Of a stretch of 64,000 nt of DNA, positions 25,532 to 33,995 are shown piece by piece. The notes beneath the pieces are model-generated. The model did not search any database, was not told where the DNA came from, and saw only the letters and a list, made by a program, of their open reading frames with translations. How positions within the stretch are numbered: the stretch's first letter is position 1; each line of letters opens with the position of its first letter. The stretch is from sequence record OR352940.1; one strand, given 5' to 3'. This DNA comes from Escherichia phage AV110. A program made the position numbers and the translations under genes.

Positions 25532-25721
25532 TTACAAAGATTGCTTTGTCACCATTTATATCTGTGACTTCATATGTAGTGCCTTCATACTGTGGAATAT
25601 TCCAAATTACACCATCATTAGCTTTTACGCTAATATGGCATTGGTGTTTTGAAACAACTTCATAATCTTCAAAACTTGTAAAAACACTAATTTTAGAACC
25701 AGTGCAAATTGCAGTAGTCAT
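25524..25721 (-). CDS. hypothetical protein (65 aa)
   Basis: Short ORF coupled to neighbours. Confidence 0.4.
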   Translation of the reverse strand: MTTAICTGSKISVFTSFEDYEVVSKHQCHISVKANDGVIWNIPQYEGTTYEVTDINGDKAIFVID

Positions 25722-25722
25722 T

Positions 25723-26382
25723 TTAACCTCGATTCATAAATGCATTAAATATTTGGTCATCAACAGAAATTTCTAATTCGACTTCAATTGCTTCAGCTTT
25801 TTCTTCAGGTGGTAATTCGTATCCACACACTACAATTTTTTCATCGATATCAAAATATACAGAAGCAATACGATTAATGTTATTTTCAGTTAAGTCCAAA
25901 TCAACATCAACATCTTTTTGGCCTACACTTAGAGGATAACTAATACGGGTTATTTTATTATCTTTAACAAAGAGTCCACCAACATACTCTGTACTACGTT
26001 TGAAGTTTACACGTTTCCGAATTGAAAGATATGATGCATCTTTACCGTGAGCTCGGCTCATAGGACATAATGAATAGCTAGAATAAGAGATGTCAAATCC
26101 TACACCTTCAATATGAGCCAACGTGTCATGATTAAACCAATTATAATCATATGCCAAATCCATTATATTGTAATATGTGAAAGGCACTGGATTAACATCA
26201 TATGTTGTACCTTTAAAATCTGCCCAGGCAACGATTTCGTTATCTTTAACAATTACAAAAATTACACCAATATGATATCCACGATTGTTTTCATCAGGCG
26301 TTATATTATAACATTGTGCATCAGGAAATTTACCGTATTTAAACGGTGGATTTTTGTGCATATAATAAATCATATTATTCAC
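25723..26382 (-). CDS. hypothetical protein in 61.2 position (219 aa)
   Basis: Position corresponds to T4 61.2, which I recall (not verified) as the anti-DarT factor adfA locus. Confidence 0.5.
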   Translation of the reverse strand: MNNMIYYMHKNPPFKYGKFPDAQCYNITPDENNRGYHIGVIFVIVKDNEIVAWADFKGTTYDVNPVPFTYYNIMDLAYDYNWFNHDTLAHIEGVGFDISYSSYSLCPMSRAHGKDASYLSIRKRVNFKRSTEYVGGLFVKDNKITRISYPLSVGQKDVDVDLDLTENNINRIASVYFDIDEKIVVCGYELPPEEKAEAIEVELEISVDDQIFNAFMNRG

Positions 26383-26668
26383 CTGTGATTTCGGTTACGA
26401 TATCTTTGTTATCGAAATTAGGGTCACAATACAAAACATAGTTGTACTGCATGGTACCACCAGACTTAAGTTGTTCAACAACTTTATTAACCATATTAGG
26501 ACGGTCTCGTTTAGTGATGTTCATGATATCAGAGAAGATTTGTTGTTCAACATCTTCTTGATTTGCAGTCATTGACCACTCACAGAGGTCTTTATCATAA
26601 CCTGCCGTAACTGGAGCCGGTGCACATGATACTGCAAGTAAGATTGCTGCCAATGATAACTTTTTCAT
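26375..26668 (-). CDS. sp: periplasmic protein Sp (spackle)-like
   Basis: 97 aa; signal peptide MKKLSLAAILLAVSCAPAPVTA; size and position as T4 sp (61.3); own early promoter. Confidence 0.55.
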   Translation of the reverse strand: MKKLSLAAILLAVSCAPAPVTAGYDKDLCEWSMTANQEDVEQQIFSDIMNITKRDRPNMVNKVVEQLKSGGTMQYNYVLYCDPNFDNKDIVTEITGE

Positions 26669-26697
26669 TTTAACTCCTTAGTTGATTTGATAGGACT

Positions 26698-26727
26698 ACT
26701 ATACTATAGTCCATCTATAATGTAAAC
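26698..26727 (-). promoter_or_regulatory. early promoter (GTTTAC-18-TATAGT) for sp
   Basis: Upstream of sp-like gene. Confidence 0.45.
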
Positions 26728-26731
26728 AAGT

Positions 26732-26980
26732 TTATTCTTTTTCGCGAATAATAATTACTTGTTGAGGCTGCTGAGCAGATTTCTTTTCGGCAACGATAGA
26801 CCAAATTAAAGTTCCAATCCAACCAACCATCGTCCAGTTAAAGAGTAAAGATACAAAGAAGATTGCTGTTGTGCTTTTTGTGCCACGAATAAGTGCGATT
26901 ACCCAAGGCAACATGTAAATGATGATTGAACCAATACCTGCGATTAAAACTGCTACTGAACTAGCTACGAATAATTCCAT
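26732..26980 (-). CDS. small inner-membrane protein, superinfection-immunity (Imm)-like
   Basis: 82 aa, two TM segments; pattern YMLPWVIALIRG...VGWIGTLIWS resembles the superinfection-immunity family; own promoter. Confidence 0.5.
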   Translation of the reverse strand: MELFVASSVAVLIAGIGSIIIYMLPWVIALIRGTKSTTAIFFVSLLFNWTMVGWIGTLIWSIVAEKKSAQQPQQVIIIREKE

Positions 26981-27008
26981 GTTAATTTCCTCTTGATTTG
27001 TTATGTTT

Positions 27009-27038
27009 ATAGTATCTTGTTTTAACTTTGGTGTAAAC
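27009..27038 (-). promoter_or_regulatory. early promoter (GTTTAC-18-TACTAT)
   Basis: Upstream of Imm-like membrane gene. Confidence 0.45.
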
Positions 27039-27041
27039 CAA

Positions 27042-27410
27042 TTAATTAAATTTGTTTAAACGTTCAATACACTGGACGTAGTTATTCGCGATTTGTTTCT
27101 GGGTAGGCTCTTTACCAGTTGTTTCAACATAGCGAATGAATGCGATTTCAGTAGCCTGTAGACAATGTTCTTTAACGCGTTGTTCTTTTGTCAATGCTAC
27201 AGTATCAGAATCACGATAACGTTGAGCATGAGCATCAGCTTGAATCATTCGATTACCTACAGTAACCGGGTCTTCCACTTCAACTTTAGGTTGCTCATAT
27301 TGTTTAACATTCGGATTGTAAATCAGTTGGCCGACGTTATTAGGAATAAAGCCATGGGCGCCACATCCGGTTAATCCAAATACCATTGCTAAAGCGATTA
27401 ATTTTTTCAT
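27042..27410 (-). CDS. lipoprotein (122 aa)
   Basis: Signal peptide with lipobox MVFGLTGC; own early promoter and GGAA RBS. Confidence 0.55.
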   Translation of the reverse strand: MKKLIALAMVFGLTGCGAHGFIPNNVGQLIYNPNVKQYEQPKVEVEDPVTVGNRMIQADAHAQRYRDSDTVALTKEQRVKEHCLQATEIAFIRYVETTGKEPTQKQIANNYVQCIERLNKFN

Positions 27411-27437
27411 TTCAATTTCCTCTGTAGTTGATAGAAA

Positions 27438-27467
27438 GATAGTAACACAGTATGTGGTGCTTGTAAA
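27438..27467 (-). promoter_or_regulatory. early promoter (GTTTAC-18-TACTAT)
   Basis: Upstream of lipoprotein gene. Confidence 0.45.
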
Positions 27468-27481
27468 CAGCTATTTTAAAA

Positions 27482-27691
27482 TTATCGAAAATCTGCTTCG
27501 AAAACTTTCTCGTCATTAACAAATGCTTTAACTAATGCTTTGTTCACTTCAGCAAGTTGTACCGCAACCCACTCGATTTCTTCACGGTCACCTGATAACA
27601 TGATATCTTTAGTGAACATCTCACCGCTTTTAAACCAACCGATAAAAGTAACTTTAGTTAATTTGCTCATATTTCCTCGCAAAATGCCCAT
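27482..27691 (-). CDS. hypothetical protein (about 62-69 aa)
   Basis: Position near T4 dmd (61.5); assignment not supported by sequence. Confidence 0.4.
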   Translation of the reverse strand: MGILRGNMSKLTKVTFIGWFKSGEMFTKDIMLSGDREEIEWVAVQLAEVNKALVKAFVNDEKVFEADFR

Positions 27692-27909
27692 TCAGCGTGA
27701 TAAACTGTAGCGCCTTTAGTATCATTCATTTGAACTACATCTACCGGAGAAATTACTCGATAGAGACGTGGTTCACCTCCATAAGAGTGTGCTGCTCGTC
27801 CTGCATAAATCTTTGCTAAACCGATATCTTCAGTAAAGAATACACGATCCAAGTTTTTCTTACGTCCAGTTTCAGACAGAACTCCTGTTTCTTCAGGAGG
27901 ACAAAGCAT
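27667..27909 (-). CDS. hypothetical protein (80 aa)
   Basis: No RBS at listed ATG; a 14-codon mini-ORF with good RBS lies just upstream in another frame. Confidence 0.35.
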   Translation of the reverse strand: MLCPPEETGVLSETGRKKNLDRVFFTEDIGLAKIYAGRAAHSYGGEPRLYRVISPVDVVQMNDTKGATVYHAEWAFCEEI

Positions 27910-27999
27910 GTTTTCGATGTTAGCTGAACTACTTGAACCGTTTAAATTCTGCTTTACAATCGATGGTTTTCATTTTGTTCTCCAGTAGTTGATAGGTCT

Positions 28000-28028
28000 A
28001 TAATAACACAACTACTGGAGAAGTAAAC
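28000..28028 (-). promoter_or_regulatory. early promoter (GTTTAC-17-TATTAT)
   Basis: Family-1 element with AGACCTATCAA. Confidence 0.45.
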
Positions 28029-28402
28029 TAAAAACGTAATTTAGATACATCTGCGTTGATTTCGTTTTGGTTTGCGTCGTATGCAATTAAACGAACTGCT
28101 TTAGATGGGTCATTCAATGCATAGAAATGATGGAACATTGCTCGAACGATATCACCATTTACGAGTTCTACCTGGATAGGAGAACCTTTTTCGAGTTGGA
28201 AATGTTCATAAGCTTTGATGGTTCGTAGATAATCAAGTTTTTGATTTCCGGCTCCAACAATTTGTACGATACGTTTGCCCGTGTTTTCCATACGAGATAC
28301 AATAGTTTTAGGAGCAAGAATAACGTAGGTTGCCAGCGGAGAAACTACTTCAACAGTTGTGTTTTCGGTGATTGCAGTAAAAATTGCTTGAGACATATTC
28401 AT
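28028..28402 (-). CDS. hypothetical protein (124 aa)
   Basis: AAGAGGAAA RBS; early promoter GTTTAC-18-TATGAT upstream. Confidence 0.5.
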   Translation of the reverse strand: MNMSQAIFTAITENTTVEVVSPLATYVILAPKTIVSRMENTGKRIVQIVGAGNQKLDYLRTIKAYEHFQLEKGSPIQVELVNGDIVRAMFHHFYALNDPSKAVRLIAYDANQNEINADVSKLRF

Positions 28403-28431
28403 AATGTTTTCCTCTTGGTTTGTGTAAGTAC

Positions 28432-28461
28432 ATCATATCATGCCTAGAGGAAGATGTAAAC
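28432..28461 (-). promoter_or_regulatory. early promoter (GTTTAC-18-TATGAT)
   Basis: Immediately after gp41 terminator hairpin, upstream of ORF 28028..28402. Confidence 0.45.
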
Positions 28462-28467
28462 CCCGAA

Positions 28468-28485
28468 AGGAGACCGAAGTCTCCT
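28468..28485 (-). terminator. hairpin terminator downstream of gene 41
   Basis: AGGAGAC-UUCG-GUCUCCU directly after gp41 stop; weak U-tract. Confidence 0.4.
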
Positions 28486-28490
28486 TTTTA

Positions 28491-29933
28491 TTAAAATTTT
28501 AACTCATTGGCTAAGCTATCTAGGTCAGCACGTGTTGCTTTGGCTTTACCTACGCGTTCCGTACGATTCACCTCTGCCTGACGCATCTGAGCACCTGCGT
28601 TTTCATTTACTGTGTTAGGTGTGTTCATGCCTTCTTGCTCAATCTCAACCCATTTCTGATTGCCTTTACGTACACCCATCAGGAATTTATTCCACTTATT
28701 CTTATCACCATATCGTGATTTGATTTGTTTGATAAGTTGTTGTTCAGCTTGTGCAAGTTCTTCGGTTTCAATTACAGCCAACATGAAATCTGCCGTTGCT
28801 GGTAAACCTGCTGATTCTGCGATATCACTCATGTTCATGTCTGAAGCATCCCATGCTGCACGTCCTACTTGAGCTGCAGTCCATAGAACTGTTTCAGATT
28901 CTACTGCTAATGCACGAAGTTCTTCTGCGATAGCTTTAACTAATGTGTAGCTATTTTCAGTGTAAACTCTGATACGACAAGACCCACAAATACCTAAGTA
29001 ATCAACCATGATTACAGATGGCACAAAGTTCTTCTTAAGTTTTAACTCATTAAGCAATGCACGGAATGTATTAGCATTAGCTCCGCCAGTAGGATACTGT
29101 TTAACTACTAAACGTCCTAATGTTGTTTTTGAACGCCATTTTTCCATCTTGGCTTTATATTCAGCATAAGATACGTTACCATCATCGATATCATCGAGTG
29201 ATACGTCAAGCATGTTTGCATCTATACGCTTAGCACAAACTTCTTCAGCCATTTCCATGGAAATATAAAGAACATTATGCCCTGTTTGAAGATAATCTGC
29301 AGCAAGTGAACAAAGGCCTAAAGATTTACCGACGTTAACACCAGCCATTAAAACGTTTAGTGTACCGGTTTCAGCACCACCTTTAGTGATTTTATTCAAA
29401 ATGTTTAATTTGAACGGGACCTTACGTGCTTTGTTCAGATAAGAAAGCCAGCGTGCTTCATAGTCTTCCATCCAGTCATGTCCAACATAACTATCAAACG
29501 AAATTGAAAGTGCTTGACGCATAATATCAGGAATAGCTCCTACGTCAGGCATTTTCTTGTTACGTTGTTCTGGAGGTAGTTCAGCATTAGACTGAATCTC
29601 AATGATTTTGGATGTAGCATTATACATCGCTTTTTGCTGGACATATTTCTCAGTTTCTTTAACCAACCATTCATGGTCTTCAGGAGTATCAGCCAATTTT
29701 TCAATTAGGTCTGAAGTTCCTTTATATTCGGCTTCAGTTAAAGAACTGTTATCTAAAGCCACCTTTAACGCATTGATAGATGGCATTGCATTATATTCGT
29801 TAACGTGGCTCTTTATAATTTTAAAGACATTTTTTGCCGGTCCACGCTCAAAATACTCAGAATCCATATAAGGCCAGACCTTAGAAAAATAAGCCTGGTC
29901 GTATACTAGATGAGACAAAATAATTTCTACCAC
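28491..29933 (-). CDS. 41: replicative DNA helicase gp41 (DnaB-like)
   Basis: 480 aa; Walker A GVNVGKS and RecA-like core; size and position as T4 gp41 (475 aa). Confidence 0.9.
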   Translation of the reverse strand: MVEIILSHLVYDQAYFSKVWPYMDSEYFERGPAKNVFKIIKSHVNEYNAMPSINALKVALDNSSLTEAEYKGTSDLIEKLADTPEDHEWLVKETEKYVQQKAMYNATSKIIEIQSNAELPPEQRNKKMPDVGAIPDIMRQALSISFDSYVGHDWMEDYEARWLSYLNKARKVPFKLNILNKITKGGAETGTLNVLMAGVNVGKSLGLCSLAADYLQTGHNVLYISMEMAEEVCAKRIDANMLDVSLDDIDDGNVSYAEYKAKMEKWRSKTTLGRLVVKQYPTGGANANTFRALLNELKLKKNFVPSVIMVDYLGICGSCRIRVYTENSYTLVKAIAEELRALAVESETVLWTAAQVGRAAWDASDMNMSDIAESAGLPATADFMLAVIETEELAQAEQQLIKQIKSRYGDKNKWNKFLMGVRKGNQKWVEIEQEGMNTPNTVNENAGAQMRQAEVNRTERVGKAKATRADLDSLANELKF

Positions 29934-29942
29934 GATAACTCC

Positions 29943-30305
29943 TTAAAAGAATTTAAATTTTTTCTTGGTTCGTTCATTAAAAGCTTGTTGTACTTGCATT
30001 GTAACACATTTTTCAACATGTGGTGCAAGTTCTGCTTTTCTGTCCTGGTCAAGAACTGCAAAGTCCATTACGATTTTACCATCAACCCAGTCTAGTTTTG
30101 TAATATAGACTATATGATGGGAACCGTCTTCAAGTGTAATCAGAATCTCTTGAATGACATTTTCCATTGCTGAACGGACAATTTTAAGAGATTCATTAAA
30201 CACTCGTTCTTTGCGAATGTCTTCCCCTTCCGAAGAAGGGGATTCATCAACGATTTCTAGATTTAAATCATCGAGATTATTCATCGAAATCTTCCATTTC
30301 GTCAA
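29943..30305 (-). CDS. 40: gp40-position protein (head assembly chaperone in T4)
   Basis: Short acidic ORF between uvsX and 41 as in T4; alternative start at 30284; by synteny only. Confidence 0.45.
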   Translation of the reverse strand: MTKWKISMNNLDDLNLEIVDESPSSEGEDIRKERVFNESLKIVRSAMENVIQEILITLEDGSHHIVYITKLDWVDGKIVMDFAVLDQDRKAELAPHVEKCVTMQVQQAFNERTKKKFKFF

Positions 30306-31449
30306 GGTCGTTTTCTATATCTGCTGCAGATGGAGCATCAGAAGTTTTAACCGGAACTTTAGTTGTTGCTTTGCAATTAATAAGGTCGTTAACAGCGTCA
30401 TCAACTTCTTTAATAGAAGAGATAGCACCTAGTTTATATTTAGTTTCAATTGCATCTCGGAAAGGTTTGTGTTTAAACAACGGTCCCCAGAATTCTACAC
30501 AATCAGTAGCTTTAGCACGCCATGATTTTTCTTCACGAATCATTTCGCCTGTTTCTTCGTCAAGGAATTCACGAGCATACCACCCGGCTTTAGGCTTAAC
30601 TACAAAACCAATTTCAGTTGCCATTTCTAACAAGCCACTGAATGGGTCAATACCGCCATCAAAATTAACCGTGATCGGGAAAGTAGATTTCTCTTTAACT
30701 GTACGAGATTTTTCTGCTTTCAACGTGAAGTCATAACCGGTCAATTCAGTGCCATCTTTAACCTGACGTTTAGAGATAAAGAATACAGTGTTAGCCGAGT
30801 AAAGAATACCTGTACCGCCACCCATAATCTCTTTAGGATACAATCCGCCAATTTCCATTGCTGTATGGTTGATTGCAACACATGGAATATCTTTAATAGT
30901 CAGATAAGGAGTCACAATACGGAAAAGAGATTTAAGTGCCTTAGCACGAGACATATCACCTACAACTTTCTCGTTCAATGCATCTTCAGTTTCTTTCTTA
31001 GATGCAGTATTACCGATTGAATCGATAAAGATAATAACTTTATCACCCCGTTCAATCGCGGCAAGCTGATTAGTCATATCAACTTTAAGTTGTTCGACGG
31101 ATTGAATCGGAGTATGAACTACACGGTCTAAATCAACACCCATTGAACGAAAATAAGATTCTGAAGCACCGAATTCTGAGTCATAAAACAAACAGATTGC
31201 ATCTTTATATTTCTTCATATACGCTGCGACCATAGTTAGTCCAAACAACGTTTTAAAGTGTTTAGAAGGAGCAGCAAAAATAGTTAAGCCTGATTGCAAC
31301 CCTGCATTCAGTGCACCACCTAATGCGATATTCAACATCGGAATACGAGTAGGGACTTCATCACGATTATTAAACAGCTTAGACTTAGTCAAGTCTGCAG
31401 TCATTTTAGAAGTAGAAGCTTTAATCAGACGAGATTTTAAATCAGACAT
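30277..31449 (-). CDS. uvsX: UvsX recombinase (RecA-like)
   Basis: 390 aa; MSDLKSRLIKASTSK..., Walker A and acidic C-terminus DLDEMEDFDE matching T4 UvsX. Confidence 0.9.
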   Translation of the reverse strand: MSDLKSRLIKASTSKMTADLTKSKLFNNRDEVPTRIPMLNIALGGALNAGLQSGLTIFAAPSKHFKTLFGLTMVAAYMKKYKDAICLFYDSEFGASESYFRSMGVDLDRVVHTPIQSVEQLKVDMTNQLAAIERGDKVIIFIDSIGNTASKKETEDALNEKVVGDMSRAKALKSLFRIVTPYLTIKDIPCVAINHTAMEIGGLYPKEIMGGGTGILYSANTVFFISKRQVKDGTELTGYDFTLKAEKSRTVKEKSTFPITVNFDGGIDPFSGLLEMATEIGFVVKPKAGWYAREFLDEETGEMIREEKSWRAKATDCVEFWGPLFKHKPFRDAIETKYKLGAISSIKEVDDAVNDLINCKATTKVPVKTSDAPSAADIENDLDEMEDFDE

Positions 31450-31547
31450 TGTATTTTTCCATAGGCATCATTATATTTTACTCATGTTTAAAAGATAAGA
31501 TGATTATATACTAAGGGTTATACAGCATTTAAAACTTTAAATGGCTC

Positions 31548-32096
31548 TTAACGAGCCCATTTGATGATTTCTGTAATCAAACCATTACGTTCGCTTGCAT
31601 TAAATCCTATAACTTTGTTAGCACCATCATGATTAAGTAATTGATATGTTTGGATTTTGTTATGAATTGCAAACTCTTCAAAATGTGAAATGACTGTATT
31701 AAAACCGAATGAAGACAAAGTAATAAGGTCGTCTTCAAAACTTTCAGTCATTTCGTTACGTGTTAAAATAATTGTGAACACATCATGGTTTTGGCAAAGA
31801 CGAACATAATCCTGTTCATAAACGTCAAGAACCGAGTCAGCATCTTGTCGAATACGTCCATAAACCCAGTTACTAATATATCCACGGTCTAACAGATAAA
31901 TCTTAGTAGGGTCTAAATAATTCAACATCGTTTCGAAACAGCCAACTTCATTTCGAGACTTAACATCGAAACGCCCATCAACTGTTCGTTTAGGGAAATC
32001 AATCTTTACATATCTTTCACTAATTTCCATTATGTCATTAATGAAAGTTGTTTTACCAGCATTATCCGGGCCATCTACTAAAATAATTTTAGCCAT
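31548..32096 (-). CDS. P-loop kinase-like protein (182 aa)
   Basis: Walker A ILVDGPDNAGKTT at N-terminus, small-kinase size; no T4 counterpart at this position. Confidence 0.5.
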   Translation of the reverse strand: MAKIILVDGPDNAGKTTFINDIMEISERYVKIDFPKRTVDGRFDVKSRNEVGCFETMLNYLDPTKIYLLDRGYISNWVYGRIRQDADSVLDVYEQDYVRLCQNHDVFTIILTRNEMTESFEDDLITLSSFGFNTVISHFEEFAIHNKIQTYQLLNHDGANKVIGFNASERNGLITEIIKWAR

Positions 32097-32097
32097 T

Positions 32098-32997
32098 TTA
32101 TTCCTCGATTACGACATCTTCATATTTAGGTATATTATACGGCGAAGAAATTAAAGCATTAAAGTAGATGAACTCACCAAGACCTGGATGGAATACTTCT
32201 TCAGGATTTTCGAAATATTGAATTTTCGGACGCCCTTTAAGAATTTGATAGTACTCTGTTTTAGTTGGTTTAAAAATTCGAATCAGCGCTTCTTCAGGAT
32301 ACTTATTTCTGTCGAAGCTATTATTTGGATCGGTTATATAAAGCGGTTGGCCTAATTGAATTGCACATTCAACCACTTGTTCAAAACGATAGCACGGGTC
32401 ACTAATTCGAAATGGATGAAAAATACCATCTAGATAAATAGGAGCCAAATCACCTACAAGACGCTGCATGATGGAAGGACGTATAACTTTCTGCGTTACG
32501 ATAATCTTATTACCATCTGCACCTGCGTTAACCAGCACTTCTTTTTGACGTTCATTCAACACAGTAGTTTGAAGTGAACGATTAACCGACAACATATCAG
32601 TTTTTAAGAATTCATCAATATAAAAACGTGGTTTATTAGGGTCTGCAGTGATATTGAAATTGAATTCCACATCAAAAGCGCCGTCATATCCAGTGATATC
32701 TGTGATTAGAAAATCACAGTCATAATAAGCAATTAATGAATCAACCACAAATCCATTTTCAGACCAGAAATATTTACGAGTGTTATACGCGTTATCTTTA
32801 TACCATAATGGAACAAACTTAAATTCTGGAAAAAGACGTTCGCATTCTTTAATATCAGATGCATTACGTGGATATGTAATCACATCACCCGGATTAGCAC
32901 GGTGCAAATGAAGTTGGAAGTTGCCATCCTTAAGGATAGCATACTGTCCAGTTTCATAAGACCGCATACTCAAGATTGGTACGCGGAAAATAGCCAT
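32098..32997 (-). CDS. protein at beta-glucosyltransferase position (299 aa), possible glycosyltransferase
   Basis: Occupies the slot between 42 and uvsX where T4 has beta-gt (351 aa); no confident motif. Confidence 0.4.
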   Translation of the reverse strand: MAIFRVPILSMRSYETGQYAILKDGNFQLHLHRANPGDVITYPRNASDIKECERLFPEFKFVPLWYKDNAYNTRKYFWSENGFVVDSLIAYYDCDFLITDITGYDGAFDVEFNFNITADPNKPRFYIDEFLKTDMLSVNRSLQTTVLNERQKEVLVNAGADGNKIIVTQKVIRPSIMQRLVGDLAPIYLDGIFHPFRISDPCYRFEQVVECAIQLGQPLYITDPNNSFDRNKYPEEALIRIFKPTKTEYYQILKGRPKIQYFENPEEVFHPGLGEFIYFNALISSPYNIPKYEDVVIEE

Positions 32998-33713
32998 TAG
33001 TCAAGGAATCCTTTAACATAATCAAAATCACGTTCAAACACATGGGCACTTACCATGGTATGAGTATAATCACCAACTTCTACACCGCATTCGTTAGCGA
33101 TATAATGAAGTAATTTTCCTTGGAGATAAAAATCCAACTGCATAACAACAGCACAGTTCTGAGAACGCATATGACAGTGGGTATAAAGCTTACCATCACG
33201 AATATAATAAGTCACTGAGTCAGTACATGGATATTCAAGTGTTTCGTCTGAATCAAGCAAAGCCTGATCAGAACTTTCTAGAATTTGGAACACAACTCTT
33301 CGGGAGTTAGGCTTCTCTTTAAGTTCTTTTAGAAGAGCTGGTAATTGAGCCGCAATGCGAGGACCATAGAAAGTGTTGAAGTTCGCCGGCAAAACATCTG
33401 ATTTTGGTTTAGAAATAAATTTAGCGACATTAGGATATGTCTTAAACGCTTCTTCTGCGTTGGTACCACCAGAAATCATAAACTTCCAGAAGTCTTCGGC
33501 ATATTCATAAGAGATGCGGTTAATACGTGGGTCGGTCATTTTGAATGATGATGGAGTGTCAACAACTACTGTCATAGACCCAATTTCATTACAACGTCCA
33601 ATACGAGAATCAGTTACGAATTCCGGGTTTTCTAAAATTTCACGATTGACTGCTTTAAATGCGGTTTGAAAATCTGCGGCTTTGATATATTTCATTGTGT
33701 TATGTTTTCCCAT
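32997..33713 (-). CDS. 42: dCMP hydroxymethylase gp42 (thymidylate-synthase fold)
   Basis: 238 aa; TS-like core with catalytic Cys context (LEYPCTDSVTYY...HCHMRSQN); size/position as T4 gene 42. Confidence 0.65.
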   Translation of the reverse strand: MGKHNTMKYIKAADFQTAFKAVNREILENPEFVTDSRIGRCNEIGSMTVVVDTPSSFKMTDPRINRISYEYAEDFWKFMISGGTNAEEAFKTYPNVAKFISKPKSDVLPANFNTFYGPRIAAQLPALLKELKEKPNSRRVVFQILESSDQALLDSDETLEYPCTDSVTYYIRDGKLYTHCHMRSQNCAVVMQLDFYLQGKLLHYIANECGVEVGDYTHTMVSAHVFERDFDYVKGFLD

Positions 33714-33755
33714 GTTTACCTCAATACAATTTATTATATACTCAATTCGTAAAGC

Positions 33756-33995
33756 TTATTTGAATTTCTTGACAATGTTGACATAACGTAAAGCTTCAGC
33801 ATCGATACTTCCAAGAACACTATGAAGAAATGCATCAGCGTAGTATTCCAATTGAACAGGTTCTTTAATCACTTTAGCCGCTTTAGTTTCAAACAGGCCC
33901 ATCAGGGCCTTTTTAAGAATTTGTTCATTAGTGTTCAGATTCATAGTCAAAATCTCTTCATTAAGTTGGTGGTTAAAAGTTTTTCTAGAAATCAT
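33756..33995 (-). CDS. hypothetical protein (79 aa)
   Basis: ORF with ATGA overlap to upstream enzyme gene. Confidence 0.45.
   Translation of the reverse strand: MISRKTFNHQLNEEILTMNLNTNEQILKKALMGLFETKAAKVIKEPVQLEYYADAFLHSVLGSIDAEALRYVNIVKKFK

Noticed and set aside
31452-31547. Middle promoter upstream of uvsX (TGCTGTA ... TATATAAT)
   Set aside because: MotA-box match is imperfect and spacing ambiguous; mentioned here but not listed as a feature.
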